64,000 nt of DNA from Candidatus Binatia bacterium. GTDB lineage: Bacteria; Desulfobacterota; Binatia; Bin18. The notes under the pieces were generated by a model that was not told the origin of the DNA, ran no database searches, and saw nothing but the letters and a program-made list of their open reading frames with translations. The first letter of the stretch is position 1. Each line of letters opens with the position of its first letter. The DNA lies in the NCBI GenBank assembly GCA_963666315.2, contig CAXXHG010000040.1, positions 32,001 to 96,000 on the forward strand. Direction: 5' to 3'. The position numbers and the translations under genes are program-made. Below are positions 29,255 to 39,318 of the stretch, one piece after another.

Positions 29255-30355
29255 CTACTGAATGCCGTATAGTTCGGCGGCATTCCCGCCAACAACCTTT
29301 GCTAGGATGTCTGCCGGCGCTAGGAAGAAGTGTTCAGCGATATACTCCTTGGAGCGCGGCCAGGGCGAGTCGGTATGCGGATAGTCTGACGACCACATGA
29401 TCTTGTTCATGTCGAAGCGTTTCTGGGTGTCGATCCACACATCCTCAAATTGGAACGTCGCCCAGACTTGGCGTTTAATATACTCGCTGGGCATCATCGA
29501 CAGTTGGACATTTTCGAAGTGGCGCAGCCGATCATAGCCGTGGTCGAGTCGGTACATAAAATGCGGCAGCCAGGAGACGTCGTTCTCAGCCGAGACGATT
29601 TTCAGTTTGGGATGGCGCTCAAACACACCACCGTAGACCATGTCCGCCAAGGTGATCTGAATTTCCTGCGGCAGGCTCATATAGGAGCGCAGGATCTTAC
29701 TGAAGTCGATGCCATGGCCACGTCGGGAGGTCAGGATATGGAGCGAGAGCGGCATATTGAGGTCAGCCGCCGCAGCCCAGAAGGGGTCGTATTCTTTGCT
29801 GCTATACGGACGATCGTCAGGCGGTGCACCCCAAATGAGAGCGCCTCGCATGCCCATTTTGGCGATCCGTTCAAGTTCTCGAATACCGGCGGGAATGTCT
29901 TCAAGCGTCACTGCGCCAAGGCCGATAAGCCGATTCGGAGCGTGCGTGCAATATTCAGCCCCCCAGTTGTTGAAAGCGCTGAAGGCGGACGCCCGCAGCT
30001 CAGCGTCTTCCAAGCCAAACAGCAACATGCCCATCGAAGTATACATCGCTTCGGCAGTCACCCCATCGCGTTCTTGGTCTTTGAGGCGTTCCGCAGGGTC
30101 CCAGACACTCTTGGGCGCGACCTCGAAGCCTTTTTGCATATGCCCAGGCAGCTCTTCCGCGCTTTTGCCCGAGCCAAAGAAGCCGGCCACAGGAACTGGA
30201 GTGATGTTTTCACACACAAAGAATTCACCGTCTTTTCCATCGTGTCCGTGTATAGTGTGCGGGGCACGGTCACGGAACTTCTTGTCCATGCGTTCCGCCC
30301 ACATATCAGGGGGTTCGACAAAATGTGAATCGCCGGAAATGATACGATATGCCAT
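29255..30355 (-). CDS. Amidohydrolase_2 family protein
   Basis: SGDSH, WDPAERLKDQERDG and WSSDYPH motifs. Confidence 0.9.
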   Translation of the reverse strand: MAYRIISGDSHFVEPPDMWAERMDKKFRDRAPHTIHGHDGKDGEFFVCENITPVPVAGFFGSGKSAEELPGHMQKGFEVAPKSVWDPAERLKDQERDGVTAEAMYTSMGMLLFGLEDAELRASAFSAFNNWGAEYCTHAPNRLIGLGAVTLEDIPAGIRELERIAKMGMRGALIWGAPPDDRPYSSKEYDPFWAAAADLNMPLSLHILTSRRGHGIDFSKILRSYMSLPQEIQITLADMVYGGVFERHPKLKIVSAENDVSWLPHFMYRLDHGYDRLRHFENVQLSMMPSEYIKRQVWATFQFEDVWIDTQKRFDMNKIMWSSDYPHTDSPWPRSKEYIAEHFFLAPADILAKVVGGNAAELYGIQ

Positions 30356-30655
30356 GCGCTGACCCTCCTTTAGTCAAAGCTAACCGACTGCCTAGTGAAC
30401 TGTTTGGATGCGTCGCATTTCTACTTGGTCCTCATGAGGCTGCCCTGTCGGGTCGGTGATGTATGACTCGTAGGGTGGGCTCTTATTGCTGATGCGGGCG
30501 GGCATCGCGTGTTTCCCCGTTGCAGCGCTACTTGTCTCATCCCAATTGAGGAGACTGCCGGAGTTGGATACTGGCCGCTTCGCTATGTAATGTTGAGAAT
30601 GTAGGACCGTTGCATAAAGAAAGTCAAACGGCCAACGGCCCGCGGCCAACGGCCG

Positions 30656-31066
30656 CTAGGCCCCGTCCATATGTACTTTCCTGCTGGTAAACAGCCACCG
30701 GCCGTTGTGTTTGACCAGATGGTCCTCATATTCCCCTGTAATCATCATCTTGGTGTCTGTTTCTTTGGTCGTTGACGTCATCATGAGGAAGCGGCGAGAG
30801 TGCGCGCTCTCTCCGTCAACCTCAGTCATGATGTTCGTCACGTAATGACGCAGATTTGGGGTATCGGCGGTCAGCCGTTTGACCTCTGCGGTAAAACGGT
30901 CGAGTTCGCTGTGGGCGGCAAGCCGACCGATCATACCGTCAAAAACGCCATCCGGGGTAAAGCAGTCAGCCCAGCCCTGAAAATCGTTATGGTCAATCGC
31001 AAAATTGTAACGTGCAATCAGCTCAGCAATAGCGGCCTTTTCGCTCGCAAGCATATCTGGTGTCAT
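30656..31066 (-). CDS. SnoaL/NTF2-like protein
   Basis: IAELIARY..AID..WADCFTPDG, RHYVTN and GEYED..GRWLF motifs. Confidence 0.85.
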   Translation of the reverse strand: MTPDMLASEKAAIAELIARYNFAIDHNDFQGWADCFTPDGVFDGMIGRLAAHSELDRFTAEVKRLTADTPNLRHYVTNIMTEVDGESAHSRRFLMMTSTTKETDTKMMITGEYEDHLVKHNGRWLFTSRKVHMDGA

Positions 31067-31351
31067 AGGGCATTCCTCCTAGAAGTTTTCTTAAGCATTC
31101 CGCATAGCAAGCTTCACGCTCGGCGACAAGGAACGATCCTTGGACACTGCTGTTTACCGACTCTGTTTGGCAATATTTGACAGCATGGGCCTCCCCAGAG
31201 TAATCAAATGCGTACAGAATAGAGCGCATGTGTAGCGCTGCAGTCAGGACAGGGACGCCGGACTACACCGCTGCTGATCAAGAGCGCCACAGTGGTCGAT
31301 AGCTCGGTGCCCCGCATTCGCTGACCACGATACTACGTTAAGGGGAGAAAG

Positions 31352-32110
31352 ATGGATAAAGAGATGAGTAAAGAAATGGGTGTACGAGAGGTGGGGCTGG
31401 TCTTGTGTCTGGTCTTGGGCATGACTCTCAAGCCCGTCTGGGTTCAGGCTCAAGAGCAAGCGCAAGAAGCGGTGCAAGAAATGACACAAGCAGTAGCCCT
31501 AGCGGCTGCTGAAGATGCCAATCCGGAGCCGGGTCCAGAGCAGTCGTCCGCCCAAGAGTCTGCAGAATCAGCGCAGCAAGCAGAATTAGCAGAACTTGCA
31601 GAACCCGCAGAACCCGCAGAGCTAGCAGAACTGGCAGAGCCATCTGGGCAAGCAGAAGCAGCAGGACCTGCAGAACCTACGCAATCAGTGCCGCCAGCGA
31701 AAACCATGACTCTCGCATTGGCTGAGCATATTCTGGATGCCGCTCGGGCCCAAGCACAGGCTGAGGGATGGCGGATGAGCTTGGCCGTTATGGACGCCGC
31801 GGGCAATCTAGTGGCAATGATTCGGATGGACGGGGCACGCTGGATGACTGCGCAAGTGGCACAGGCCAAAGCCTTTACTGCGGTAACTTTCCGCCGGCCT
31901 TCGGCAGCAGTAGAAGAGCTGGCAGAGCAGCGACCGGATTTGTTTAAGAGTCTGGTGACGTTGATCGATCGGCCGCTTTTGCTCGCTGGAGGGGGCTTGC
32001 CGGTGATTATCAATGGCGAGTTGCTTGGTAGCGTTGGTGCCAGCGGAGGGACCGAGGATCAGGACATTGACTGCGCTGAGGCAGGCCTGAATGCCATTGG
32101 GGAGGAATAA
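31352..32110 (+). CDS. Secreted GlcG/HbpS-family heme-binding protein with a low-complexity A/E/P/Q linker
   Basis: Signal peptide; AELAEPAEPAELAE repeats; AVMDAAG..RMDGA..AKAFTA..GGGLP..GASGG..QD motifs. Confidence 0.8.
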   Translation: MDKEMSKEMGVREVGLVLCLVLGMTLKPVWVQAQEQAQEAVQEMTQAVALAAAEDANPEPGPEQSSAQESAESAQQAELAELAEPAEPAELAELAEPSGQAEAAGPAEPTQSVPPAKTMTLALAEHILDAARAQAQAEGWRMSLAVMDAAGNLVAMIRMDGARWMTAQVAQAKAFTAVTFRRPSAAVEELAEQRPDLFKSLVTLIDRPLLLAGGGLPVIINGELLGSVGASGGTEDQDIDCAEAGLNAIGEE

Positions 32111-32113
32111 CAA

Positions 32114-33400
32114 TCACTCAAAAATCCTCTCACCGCTGGCAAATAACTGCCAGACGATGAGGCCCACACCTGAGATGCCAGCTGCCAGGTAAAAGGCGAG
32201 ATCCCAACTGCCAGTCGCCTGGATGATGAATCCGGTCACAATAGGAGCCAGGATGCCCGGAATGGTTCCGACGGTGTTGGCAATGCCCATCAGCACCCCG
32301 GCATAGCGCGGCCCGATATCCAAATGATTGACGAGAAAGCCGGCTGCCGACAGCGCCACAGCTCCCAACCCGAGGGTGATATACAGTAGCGCCAGCCACT
32401 GCGAGGTGGTGGCTGACAGCAAGAGCAGACACAGCGCCGAACCCGCAAAACTCAGACCCTGAAAACTCTTGCGTACTACTGTCGGACTCACCCCACGGTG
32501 TATCAGCCCATCGGCTATCCAGCCGGCCGTATTGGCAATGATCAGCATGACCAAATAGGGCAGCATCAAGTACAGACCCATCTCTTGGAGCGAAAACCCC
32601 CAGACATTGACCAGGTAAATGGGCATCCAGGTCAGAAACATATACCAAGTCCACAAGGCACAAAATTGGCCGACTAACAAAGCCCAAAATGCGCTGGACG
32701 AGAAAAATAGCCGCCAGGGCACGGTTTCGACCGGATCCGCCTGCGGCCGGTCTTGCTGGATATAGACCAGTTCGGCAGGAGAGATGGTCGGGTGGCCCTC
32801 AGGCCGGCTGGTGACCAGGAAATACCAGAGGACGGCCCACACGATGCCCAAGAGTCCAAAGGTATAGAACACCCACGGCCAGCCCCAGGTGGTCATCAAC
32901 CATACGGCGACAGGAAAAGCGATCATCAAGCCGAGGTAGACGCCAGTCAGGTTAAAGGCGATAACGCGTGAACGTTCACGCGCCGGAATCCAGCGAGCGG
33001 TCATGCTGTATAACGCCGGTGGAGTCACGCCTTCGCCAATACCGAGTCCGATCCGGGCGGCGATCATAAGCGGAACTGTACGCGCAAACGGAGTGATAAA
33101 GGTGAACGCTGACCACCACAGGACGGCAAAACCTAAGATGCCCTTGCCGCCAAAACGATCGGCGATCAAGCCGCCGGGGAGTTGGGTGAACAGATAGCCG
33201 ACAAAAAAGGCAGACAGGATAGTGCCCATCATGGCCTCGTCCCAGCCGAACTCTTTCATCAGCACAGGCGCGACCACGGAAATACTGACGCGGTCGATAT
33301 ATAGGATCAGCGTGCAGGTGAAGAAGAAAAGAATGATCGTAAACCGGCGCGGCCAGCCGACCGGTTGTTCCACACCAGCGCTGTCAGCATTGAGGGTCAT
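32114..33400 (-). CDS. MFS transporter, anion:cation symporter (ACS) family
   Basis: YIDRVSISV, QLPGG..ADRFG and NHLDIGPRYAG motifs; about 12 TM. Confidence 0.9.
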   Translation of the reverse strand: MTLNADSAGVEQPVGWPRRFTIILFFFTCTLILYIDRVSISVVAPVLMKEFGWDEAMMGTILSAFFVGYLFTQLPGGLIADRFGGKGILGFAVLWWSAFTFITPFARTVPLMIAARIGLGIGEGVTPPALYSMTARWIPARERSRVIAFNLTGVYLGLMIAFPVAVWLMTTWGWPWVFYTFGLLGIVWAVLWYFLVTSRPEGHPTISPAELVYIQQDRPQADPVETVPWRLFFSSSAFWALLVGQFCALWTWYMFLTWMPIYLVNVWGFSLQEMGLYLMLPYLVMLIIANTAGWIADGLIHRGVSPTVVRKSFQGLSFAGSALCLLLLSATTSQWLALLYITLGLGAVALSAAGFLVNHLDIGPRYAGVLMGIANTVGTIPGILAPIVTGFIIQATGSWDLAFYLAAGISGVGLIVWQLFASGERIFE

Positions 33401-33532
33401 AGACTTACTTCAATCCCGCTTTACGCAGGACGGCAAGCTCACGCTTGACAGGGTGGGATTCTTCCATCGCCAGATTGTCTGTCGCCGCTTTGGTTTTGTC
33501 AAATGCGTAATGCTTTGGCTGGAGTGTGAGTT

Positions 33533-33994
33533 TTATTTCCTCCGTAAAAACTCCTGAGGAGTCATAACCGGGACGCGTATCTTGCCGCGGAAGTGATCCG
33601 CATCCCAAGAGACAAACTGGCCAGCTTCTGGGTGGACATCGAGGACGGCCATGAGGAGGGCATCTCCGAAGCCGGCTTTCCGTTCGAGAAAGCGGAAGAC
33701 ATCTTCTACAGTGAGGCGAGGAAGGTGTTGCTTGGGAGTGGCAGCGGGAAGAACCGCGCAGTTATATTTCTGAGGAAAGTATTGAAAGAATTCTCTGAGT
33801 TGCTGGGTGTTCAGATTGAAAGAAAGAATCCCGCAGACCTCAAGCACGTTAAAAATAGTCGTCGCTCCTTGCCCTTCACGTGCAAGCTTTTCCAAGAACT
33901 TGCGGTTCGTAGAAAAATGCCGGTCACGGCGGTAGCGAAGGTCAATGACAAAGACGGTGGTATCGACAAATATCAGCTCCGCCTCCGTGTCCAT
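33533..33994 (-). CDS. PIN-domain toxin
   Basis: IFVDTTVF..LE..GDA..SWDADHF acidic pattern; overlaps the antitoxin gene. Confidence 0.75.
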   Translation of the reverse strand: MDTEAELIFVDTTVFVIDLRYRRDRHFSTNRKFLEKLAREGQGATTIFNVLEVCGILSFNLNTQQLREFFQYFPQKYNCAVLPAATPKQHLPRLTVEDVFRFLERKAGFGDALLMAVLDVHPEAGQFVSWDADHFRGKIRVPVMTPQEFLRRK

Positions 33995-34233
33995 TGCATG
34001 GCCTCCTGCCATGTCTTCAATTGAGGCTGCGTCGTGCGTAGCGACTGCTCGATATCAGCCCAGGCTTCTTCAAAAGACCGAATATCTGAGTCGTCTAACT
34101 GTTCTTGATAGACGGGCGAGAGCACGGCATGGGGCTTACCGTGCTTGGTGATCAGAACCCTTTGACCACTCCCAACTTGACGCAGAATTTCCCCAGTATG
34201 ATTTTTGAGCTCTTTCGCACTATAGGATTTCAT
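33973..34233 (-). CDS. Phd/YefM antitoxin
   Basis: SAKELKNHTGEILRQV..VLITKHGKPHAVL. Confidence 0.88.
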   Translation of the reverse strand: MKSYSAKELKNHTGEILRQVGSGQRVLITKHGKPHAVLSPVYQEQLDDSDIRSFEEAWADIEQSLRTTQPQLKTWQEAMQWTRRRS

Positions 34234-34352
34234 AAGACTTCTATAAAATAACTACTTTTATATTATAAGTAACTATTTTTGAAAGGTTAGACAAGAGCCA
34301 GATAATCGAGGAATCCGCTTTTAGTCTGTGCACTCCACCTCCCTCATCGCAG

Positions 34353-34775
34353 CTACGGCTGTTTCATCCCTACGAGACGAAATTTCGGCAATGTGATTGC
34401 TGGAGTAATATCATCGAATGTGACTTCGACTGGCAGGTCACAATCGAGGTCTTCATTTGCACAGCCTATAATCTGGCTGATGATCTGGGGTCCTTCCTCT
34501 AGATGAATGAGCGCAACATTATAGGGAATCTCGTTGGCAAAGCCTGGGTGCCACTGTTGGTAATAAATGCCGTACGAATAAATTCTGCCCCTGCCGCTGA
34601 GTTGAACCCAGTCTTGGTCCGGGCTCAGACAGTTTGTACACGCAGGCCCAGGCGGCAGGTGGATATAGCCACAGGCTTTGCACTGCTGAGCCACAAACTC
34701 GTAGCGCTGGGCGGCTTGCCAATACGGTTCGTTCCATTTTTCGATAACTGGCAGGGGTTTGTTGTAGTCGGTCAT
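34353..34775 (-). CDS. DUF35/ChsH2-like Zn-ribbon OB-fold protein
   Basis: CKAC..PP..CTNC, SGRGRIYSY and PYNVALIHLEEGP motifs. Confidence 0.9.
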   Translation of the reverse strand: MTDYNKPLPVIEKWNEPYWQAAQRYEFVAQQCKACGYIHLPPGPACTNCLSPDQDWVQLSGRGRIYSYGIYYQQWHPGFANEIPYNVALIHLEEGPQIISQIIGCANEDLDCDLPVEVTFDDITPAITLPKFRLVGMKQP

Positions 34776-34791
34776 GCGTTCTTCCTCCGCT

Positions 34792-35937
34792 TTACCTACG
34801 CAAAATCAACGCGCCAGCGTGCTCGCGCAGACCGCCGGTGTACGTACACATAATGCGTTCTACCGCCTCGATCTGGCGTTCTCCACACTCAGCGCGCAGC
34901 TGACGGACGGCATCATAAGTGTTTTGCCAGCCGACCATATAGGTTTCAGACAGCTGCCCGCCGTTGACGTTGAGTGGCAGTTCACCCCCAAGCGCAATCC
35001 GTCCGTCTTGAATCCAGTGACCCGATTCGCCACGTGGACAAAAACCATAATTTTCTAACGCGGCGATCACCGCAGGACTGTAGGCATCTTGGACGTATAA
35101 GGCTTGTATGTCCCGTGTGGTGCACCCAGCCATAGCAAAGACCATCTTGGCCACGGCCTCTTGCTGAAAGCTTTGCATCACCAGGTCGGGAGTTTCATAA
35201 GCACGAAAGGCTTCTTGGCGTCCCATGCCACGGATATAAACCGGGGGCTTGTTGAGGTCTTTTGCGCGCTCCGGGGTGGTCAGGATAAAGGCGTGTCCGC
35301 CGTCGGTGATGTAGCAATAGTCGAACAAACGCAGCGGCCATACGATGTAGCGCGCACTCATATAGTCGTCGAGCGTGATCGGCGTCTGCTGGGCAGCTTT
35401 GGGATTTAGCATAGCGTTCTTGCGCTGGGTCATCGCAATCGTGGCAAGCTGCTCCTCGGTCGTACCGTATAGATGCATGTGGCGGCGAAAGGCAAACGCA
35501 AACGGGCCGGATGGATTAAAGGCGCCGTACGGTGCGTGTTCTTCGAGCAGTGCGCCACCAAATCTATTTCTATTGGTCTTTTGATTGGTGGCGTAGACGA
35601 GCAGAATGTAGTTGGCCATGCCCGCGTTGAGGAGCAGGGCGGCATGCTGGATCATGTAACAGCCTGTTGCGCCGGATGCTTCAACTGCGCCGCCGACTTT
35701 TGGATTCAGGCCGAGCATCAGCCCGACTTTGAGATAATCGCCCTGACGGCCATAGCTGGGCTGGACGAACAAGCCGTCGATATCGTCTTTTTTTAGACCG
35801 CAATCTGCCAGCGCTGCCCTGGCCGCATCAATGGCTAACTCATCGCCAGTCTTGTCTGGTATAGCGCCTTGTTTGGTGTCACCCACGCCGACAATGCAGA
35901 CTTGGTCGCGAAGATTGTGAAGATCCTGAAGCCGCAT
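34792..35937 (-). CDS. SCP2/Ltp2-like thiolase-fold protein
   Basis: PLRLFDYC..TDGG and NVNGGQLSETY motifs; paired with DUF35. Confidence 0.88.
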   Translation of the reverse strand: MRLQDLHNLRDQVCIVGVGDTKQGAIPDKTGDELAIDAARAALADCGLKKDDIDGLFVQPSYGRQGDYLKVGLMLGLNPKVGGAVEASGATGCYMIQHAALLLNAGMANYILLVYATNQKTNRNRFGGALLEEHAPYGAFNPSGPFAFAFRRHMHLYGTTEEQLATIAMTQRKNAMLNPKAAQQTPITLDDYMSARYIVWPLRLFDYCYITDGGHAFILTTPERAKDLNKPPVYIRGMGRQEAFRAYETPDLVMQSFQQEAVAKMVFAMAGCTTRDIQALYVQDAYSPAVIAALENYGFCPRGESGHWIQDGRIALGGELPLNVNGGQLSETYMVGWQNTYDAVRQLRAECGERQIEAVERIMCTYTGGLREHAGALILRR

Positions 35938-36105
35938 ACATCTCCCTCCCGGCCCGGAGCTTAATCGAAGCCGAGGGTAAGGTGCAAGTCAGTTGGGAGA
36001 GTATTTACTGAGCTGCTTGACGAAGAAGGCGGTGAAGCGCTAAGGCACAATGTCAAAGGGACCTGTGTCGGGAGTTGAGAATCTTAAAACAAGGAGGGTC
36101 ACAGC

Positions 36106-36417
36106 ATGGTGTATGAGATGCGCGTGTATACGCTGCAGCCGGGTAAGGTGCCGGAGTTTCAGGCACTCATAGAAAAAGAAGGACTGCCAGTAATCAGCAA
36201 ATACTCCAAACTGGTGGGCTGGTGGTCGACCGAGGTCGGTCCGTTAAACGAGGTCGTCCATATTTGGGCATATGAAGATATGAATCATCGGGCCCAAGCC
36301 CGTGCAGCCCAGGCAGAAGATCCTCAGCTGCAGGCGTTTCGTCCCAAGGCCCCAGGCATGATTGTGAGCCAGTACAACAAAATCCTTACTCCAGCGAGCT
36401 TCTCGCCCCTGCAGTAG
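36106..36417 (+). CDS. NIPSNAP family protein
   Basis: YEMRVYTLQPG, GPLNEVVHIWAY and PASFSPLQ motifs. Confidence 0.9.
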   Translation: MVYEMRVYTLQPGKVPEFQALIEKEGLPVISKYSKLVGWWSTEVGPLNEVVHIWAYEDMNHRAQARAAQAEDPQLQAFRPKAPGMIVSQYNKILTPASFSPLQ

Positions 36418-36459
36418 GGTCCAGTACAAAAACAGTCAACCTGTTTGGGAATCCGATTT

Positions 36460-36575
36460 GCCTCCTCGCCCGCTGGCGGGAGAGGACTGAGGTGAGGGTG
36501 GATGAAATCTCATTCCATGCCCCTCACCCGTATCCGCTTACGCGTCTGCTGCCCTCTCCCCGTAGGGGCGAGGGA
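36460..36575. repeat. REP-like palindrome cluster
   Basis: ctcgcccgctggcgggagagg..ggtgaggg / cccctcacc..ccctctccccgtaggggcgagg. Confidence 0.6.
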
Positions 36576-36645
36576 ATTACCATTCCCAAGGAGGTGCCCT
36601 GAAGCTGCACTAGGCCTCGTCTGGATCGCAAGTGGAGCATAGCGT

Positions 36646-37449
36646 TCAGGCCGCGAGACCCGCAATAAACCTGAGTGTGGCCTCGGCGCATTCTTCCGGC
36701 ATAGCCGCAGCCAGATGGTAGGCTGGGCTGGGTAACACCAAAAGCTGAGAGTTGGGAATACGCGTCTGCCAGTCTCGGACCGTCTCCACTGAGGCAAGGG
36801 CGCTCCTGTCACTAGTGATAACCAGAGTAGGGGCTTGGATCTGGGGCAGAAGCGCGGTGATATCCATGCGCTCGACATACCGAAAAATCCCAGCCATGAC
36901 TTGGGGTGAGGATTTGCCCATTTCGGTGATCCACCACTCCTTCATTGCTGGGCTGACAGTGCCCAAACGACGGTCCATAGTGCTGCGTGCCCAGGCTTCG
37001 ACTCCGTCCTTTTGGACCTGCGCAAGCCAGGCATCCGGGTTGAGAGAACTTTTGGCGAGCGTTGCTGGTCCGCCAATTACGGTTAGGCTTTTGACGCGGT
37101 CGGGATAGTCATGGGAAAATTGCATGGCCACGCTTCCACCCACGCGTTGTCCGACAACATGAACGGCCGCAATCTCAAGCTGATCGAGGAGGATTTGTAG
37201 GTCTTGGGCAAAGCCACTCAGAGACCAGTCATAGTCCGGTGGCGGAACAGAAGAGTGCCCAAAACCTCTCAGATCCGGCCGCAGCAGCCGGAACCGTCGG
37301 GCCAGACGAGGTAGCCAGGCGAACCACGCCTTACTCGTGTCGGCTACGCCGTGAATGAGGAGGATGGTCTCCGGGGTTGTCCACGGATCTGTATAATCGT
37401 CGAGTTCGTAGTGCAGGTCGAGAGTCTCATCAATGCGCACGGTTGGCAT
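36646..37449 (-). CDS. Alpha/beta hydrolase with an atypical nucleophile elbow (GQRVGG)
   Basis: LLIHG, DLRGFGHS and C-terminal YH motifs. Confidence 0.85.
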   Translation of the reverse strand: MPTVRIDETLDLHYELDDYTDPWTTPETILLIHGVADTSKAWFAWLPRLARRFRLLRPDLRGFGHSSVPPPDYDWSLSGFAQDLQILLDQLEIAAVHVVGQRVGGSVAMQFSHDYPDRVKSLTVIGGPATLAKSSLNPDAWLAQVQKDGVEAWARSTMDRRLGTVSPAMKEWWITEMGKSSPQVMAGIFRYVERMDITALLPQIQAPTLVITSDRSALASVETVRDWQTRIPNSQLLVLPSPAYHLAAAMPEECAEATLRFIAGLAA

Positions 37450-37462
37450 GCTTGCCTCTTGG

Positions 37463-38083
37463 CTACAAATGCTTGACCGACTCTTCGATCATGCCGTCGA
37501 GTTCTTTGGCTTTTTCCTGCTCCAGCTTCGTCCGTTGAGCCAGGATAGTGCCCCACGAGTCGCCGTCATATTTATGGAATTTGTCAATATTCCACAGCTC
37601 GGCCCGTTTGAACGACTTGGGGCAATGAAAATAACATTCTTCGACTTTTACCTCGATGGCAAGTTGGGCCGGCCGGTTACGTGCGCTGAGTCGCCTTAAG
37701 AGTTGGGGTTCATCCACAATGCGTGCGTGGCCGTTGATGCGCATCGTCCATTCCTCACCCGGAATAAGAAAGAGCAGGCCGACGTGTGGATTCTCCGCAA
37801 TATTGCTGATGCTCTGGAACATTTTATTGCCCACACGATCAGGCAGGTACAGGGTGTGTTTATCTCCAATCTGGATGAAGCCCGGAGGGTCGCCTTTGGG
37901 TGAGGCATCACACCGGCCTTGCGCATCGGCAGTGGAAACAATCACAAACGGACACTGTTTGAGAAAACGCGCGGCTGCTTCATCAATGTAGGCCAGCTTA
38001 TGTTTTTCTGCGAGTTGGTCCGGAGCCCCGAATCGATCGGCAAGATCCTGTGCATTGCTTGGTACTACTTGGGCTGTACTCAT
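37463..38083 (-). CDS. Pyridoxamine-5'-phosphate oxidase-like FMN-binding protein (MSMEG_1061 type)
   Basis: DASPKGDPPGF, PDRVGN and YFHCPKSFKR..LW motifs. Confidence 0.88.
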   Translation of the reverse strand: MSTAQVVPSNAQDLADRFGAPDQLAEKHKLAYIDEAAARFLKQCPFVIVSTADAQGRCDASPKGDPPGFIQIGDKHTLYLPDRVGNKMFQSISNIAENPHVGLLFLIPGEEWTMRINGHARIVDEPQLLRRLSARNRPAQLAIEVKVEECYFHCPKSFKRAELWNIDKFHKYDGDSWGTILAQRTKLEQEKAKELDGMIEESVKHL

Positions 38084-38188
38084 AACACCCTCCTTTTTGC
38101 CTATGCAGAGTAGGCCAATTTGCAAGCTGATACAAAGGATTGTACAACAGCGGCACGCGCGCGACTATACAGATGCACAAGGGGGGAG

Positions 38189-39295
38189 ATGATCGTGAGT
38201 CAGGGACAGTACCGAGAACACGTTCAATATGCACAAGAAAAGCTGCTGCTCTTCTTCCGAACATTTGAGGACATTCAGGAGAATATGCATTTTGGGCGTA
38301 TTCCTGAGGCCCAGGATCGACTCCGGACAACTATTGGTGATTTTTTCACAGTCTTTCGGTCCACACTGGCTGCCCTCGAACCGCCCGAAGACCTCAAAGA
38401 GTTTCACTCTGCGTTCTGTGCGGCGCTGACCCACCTCGATAACGCCAGTCGAACCTTTCTCGAAGGAGTGCCGGGACCAAACTTTGGCGCGGCGTTTGTC
38501 AGCAGTCGTTTTTCCCAGTGTCGAGGACTAGACCTGTTATATAACCAGCGCGCGCATCTGCCGACGTTGCGATCATACTGGCTGTTGCCGGAAGCAGAAT
38601 CTAATCTTGATGTATTGGAGACCAGGGCTGACGGTGTGGGCGTTCCCGTTGGTATGATTCATCACCCGCAAACGCAGGAACACGCGGATTACTCTCTATA
38701 CGTGCCGGAATATTACACCCCCGACAAAACCTGGCCATTGATTGTCTGCCTCCACGGTGGATACGGACGGGGCGATGACTATATTTGGACGTGGCTGCGT
38801 CCAGCGAAAAGTAAGGGTTATCTCCTGCTGTCACCGAAATCGATCGGGCCGACCTGGTCCGTCCTCCAACCGCCGGTTGATAGTCGATCGATCCGGGCTA
38901 TGTTTGACGAGGTGTGTGAGACCTATGCTGTGGACCGCGCGCGAGTATATCTGTCCGGCTTGTCGGACGGCGGGACCTATACGTATTTGCTCGGACTGGA
39001 CCAAGCCGAACTCTTTGCCGGCATTGCACCCATTGCTGGTGAACTCAGCCCTGCGACCGATGGCATGCTGCGACAAAAACTAGGCATAGACGTTCCGATT
39101 CATGTGATTCACGGCGTGCATGATTTCATCTTTCCGGTCGAGGACGTCCGATCATCGAATGCACTGCTGGAGCATATTGGCTACCAGGTGAAGTACACCG
39201 AGCTACCCGACTGGAGCCACGCTTTGACCTACAACATTAATGAAACCTACGTCCTGCCGTGGTTTGAAAGTTTGGAGCCGAAAGGACAAGAGTAA
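38189..39295 (+). CDS. Esterase/phospholipase with an N-terminal helical extension
   Basis: YSLYVPEYY..WPLIVCLHGG, GLSDGG and HGVHD..H motifs. Confidence 0.8.
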   Translation: MIVSQGQYREHVQYAQEKLLLFFRTFEDIQENMHFGRIPEAQDRLRTTIGDFFTVFRSTLAALEPPEDLKEFHSAFCAALTHLDNASRTFLEGVPGPNFGAAFVSSRFSQCRGLDLLYNQRAHLPTLRSYWLLPEAESNLDVLETRADGVGVPVGMIHHPQTQEHADYSLYVPEYYTPDKTWPLIVCLHGGYGRGDDYIWTWLRPAKSKGYLLLSPKSIGPTWSVLQPPVDSRSIRAMFDEVCETYAVDRARVYLSGLSDGGTYTYLLGLDQAELFAGIAPIAGELSPATDGMLRQKLGIDVPIHVIHGVHDFIFPVEDVRSSNALLEHIGYQVKYTELPDWSHALTYNINETYVLPWFESLEPKGQE

Positions 39296-39318
39296 ATAGC
39301 GTAAACAAGGAGGAGACC

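Noticed and set aside
27811-30362. Long plus-strand ORFs (288, 292 and 217 aa)
   Set aside because: They are antisense shadows of well-supported amidohydrolase genes.
33405-33530. Short minus-strand ORF ending LRKAGLK, possibly a remnant of a TPR/cyclase gene
   Set aside because: It is too short and generic to support a call.
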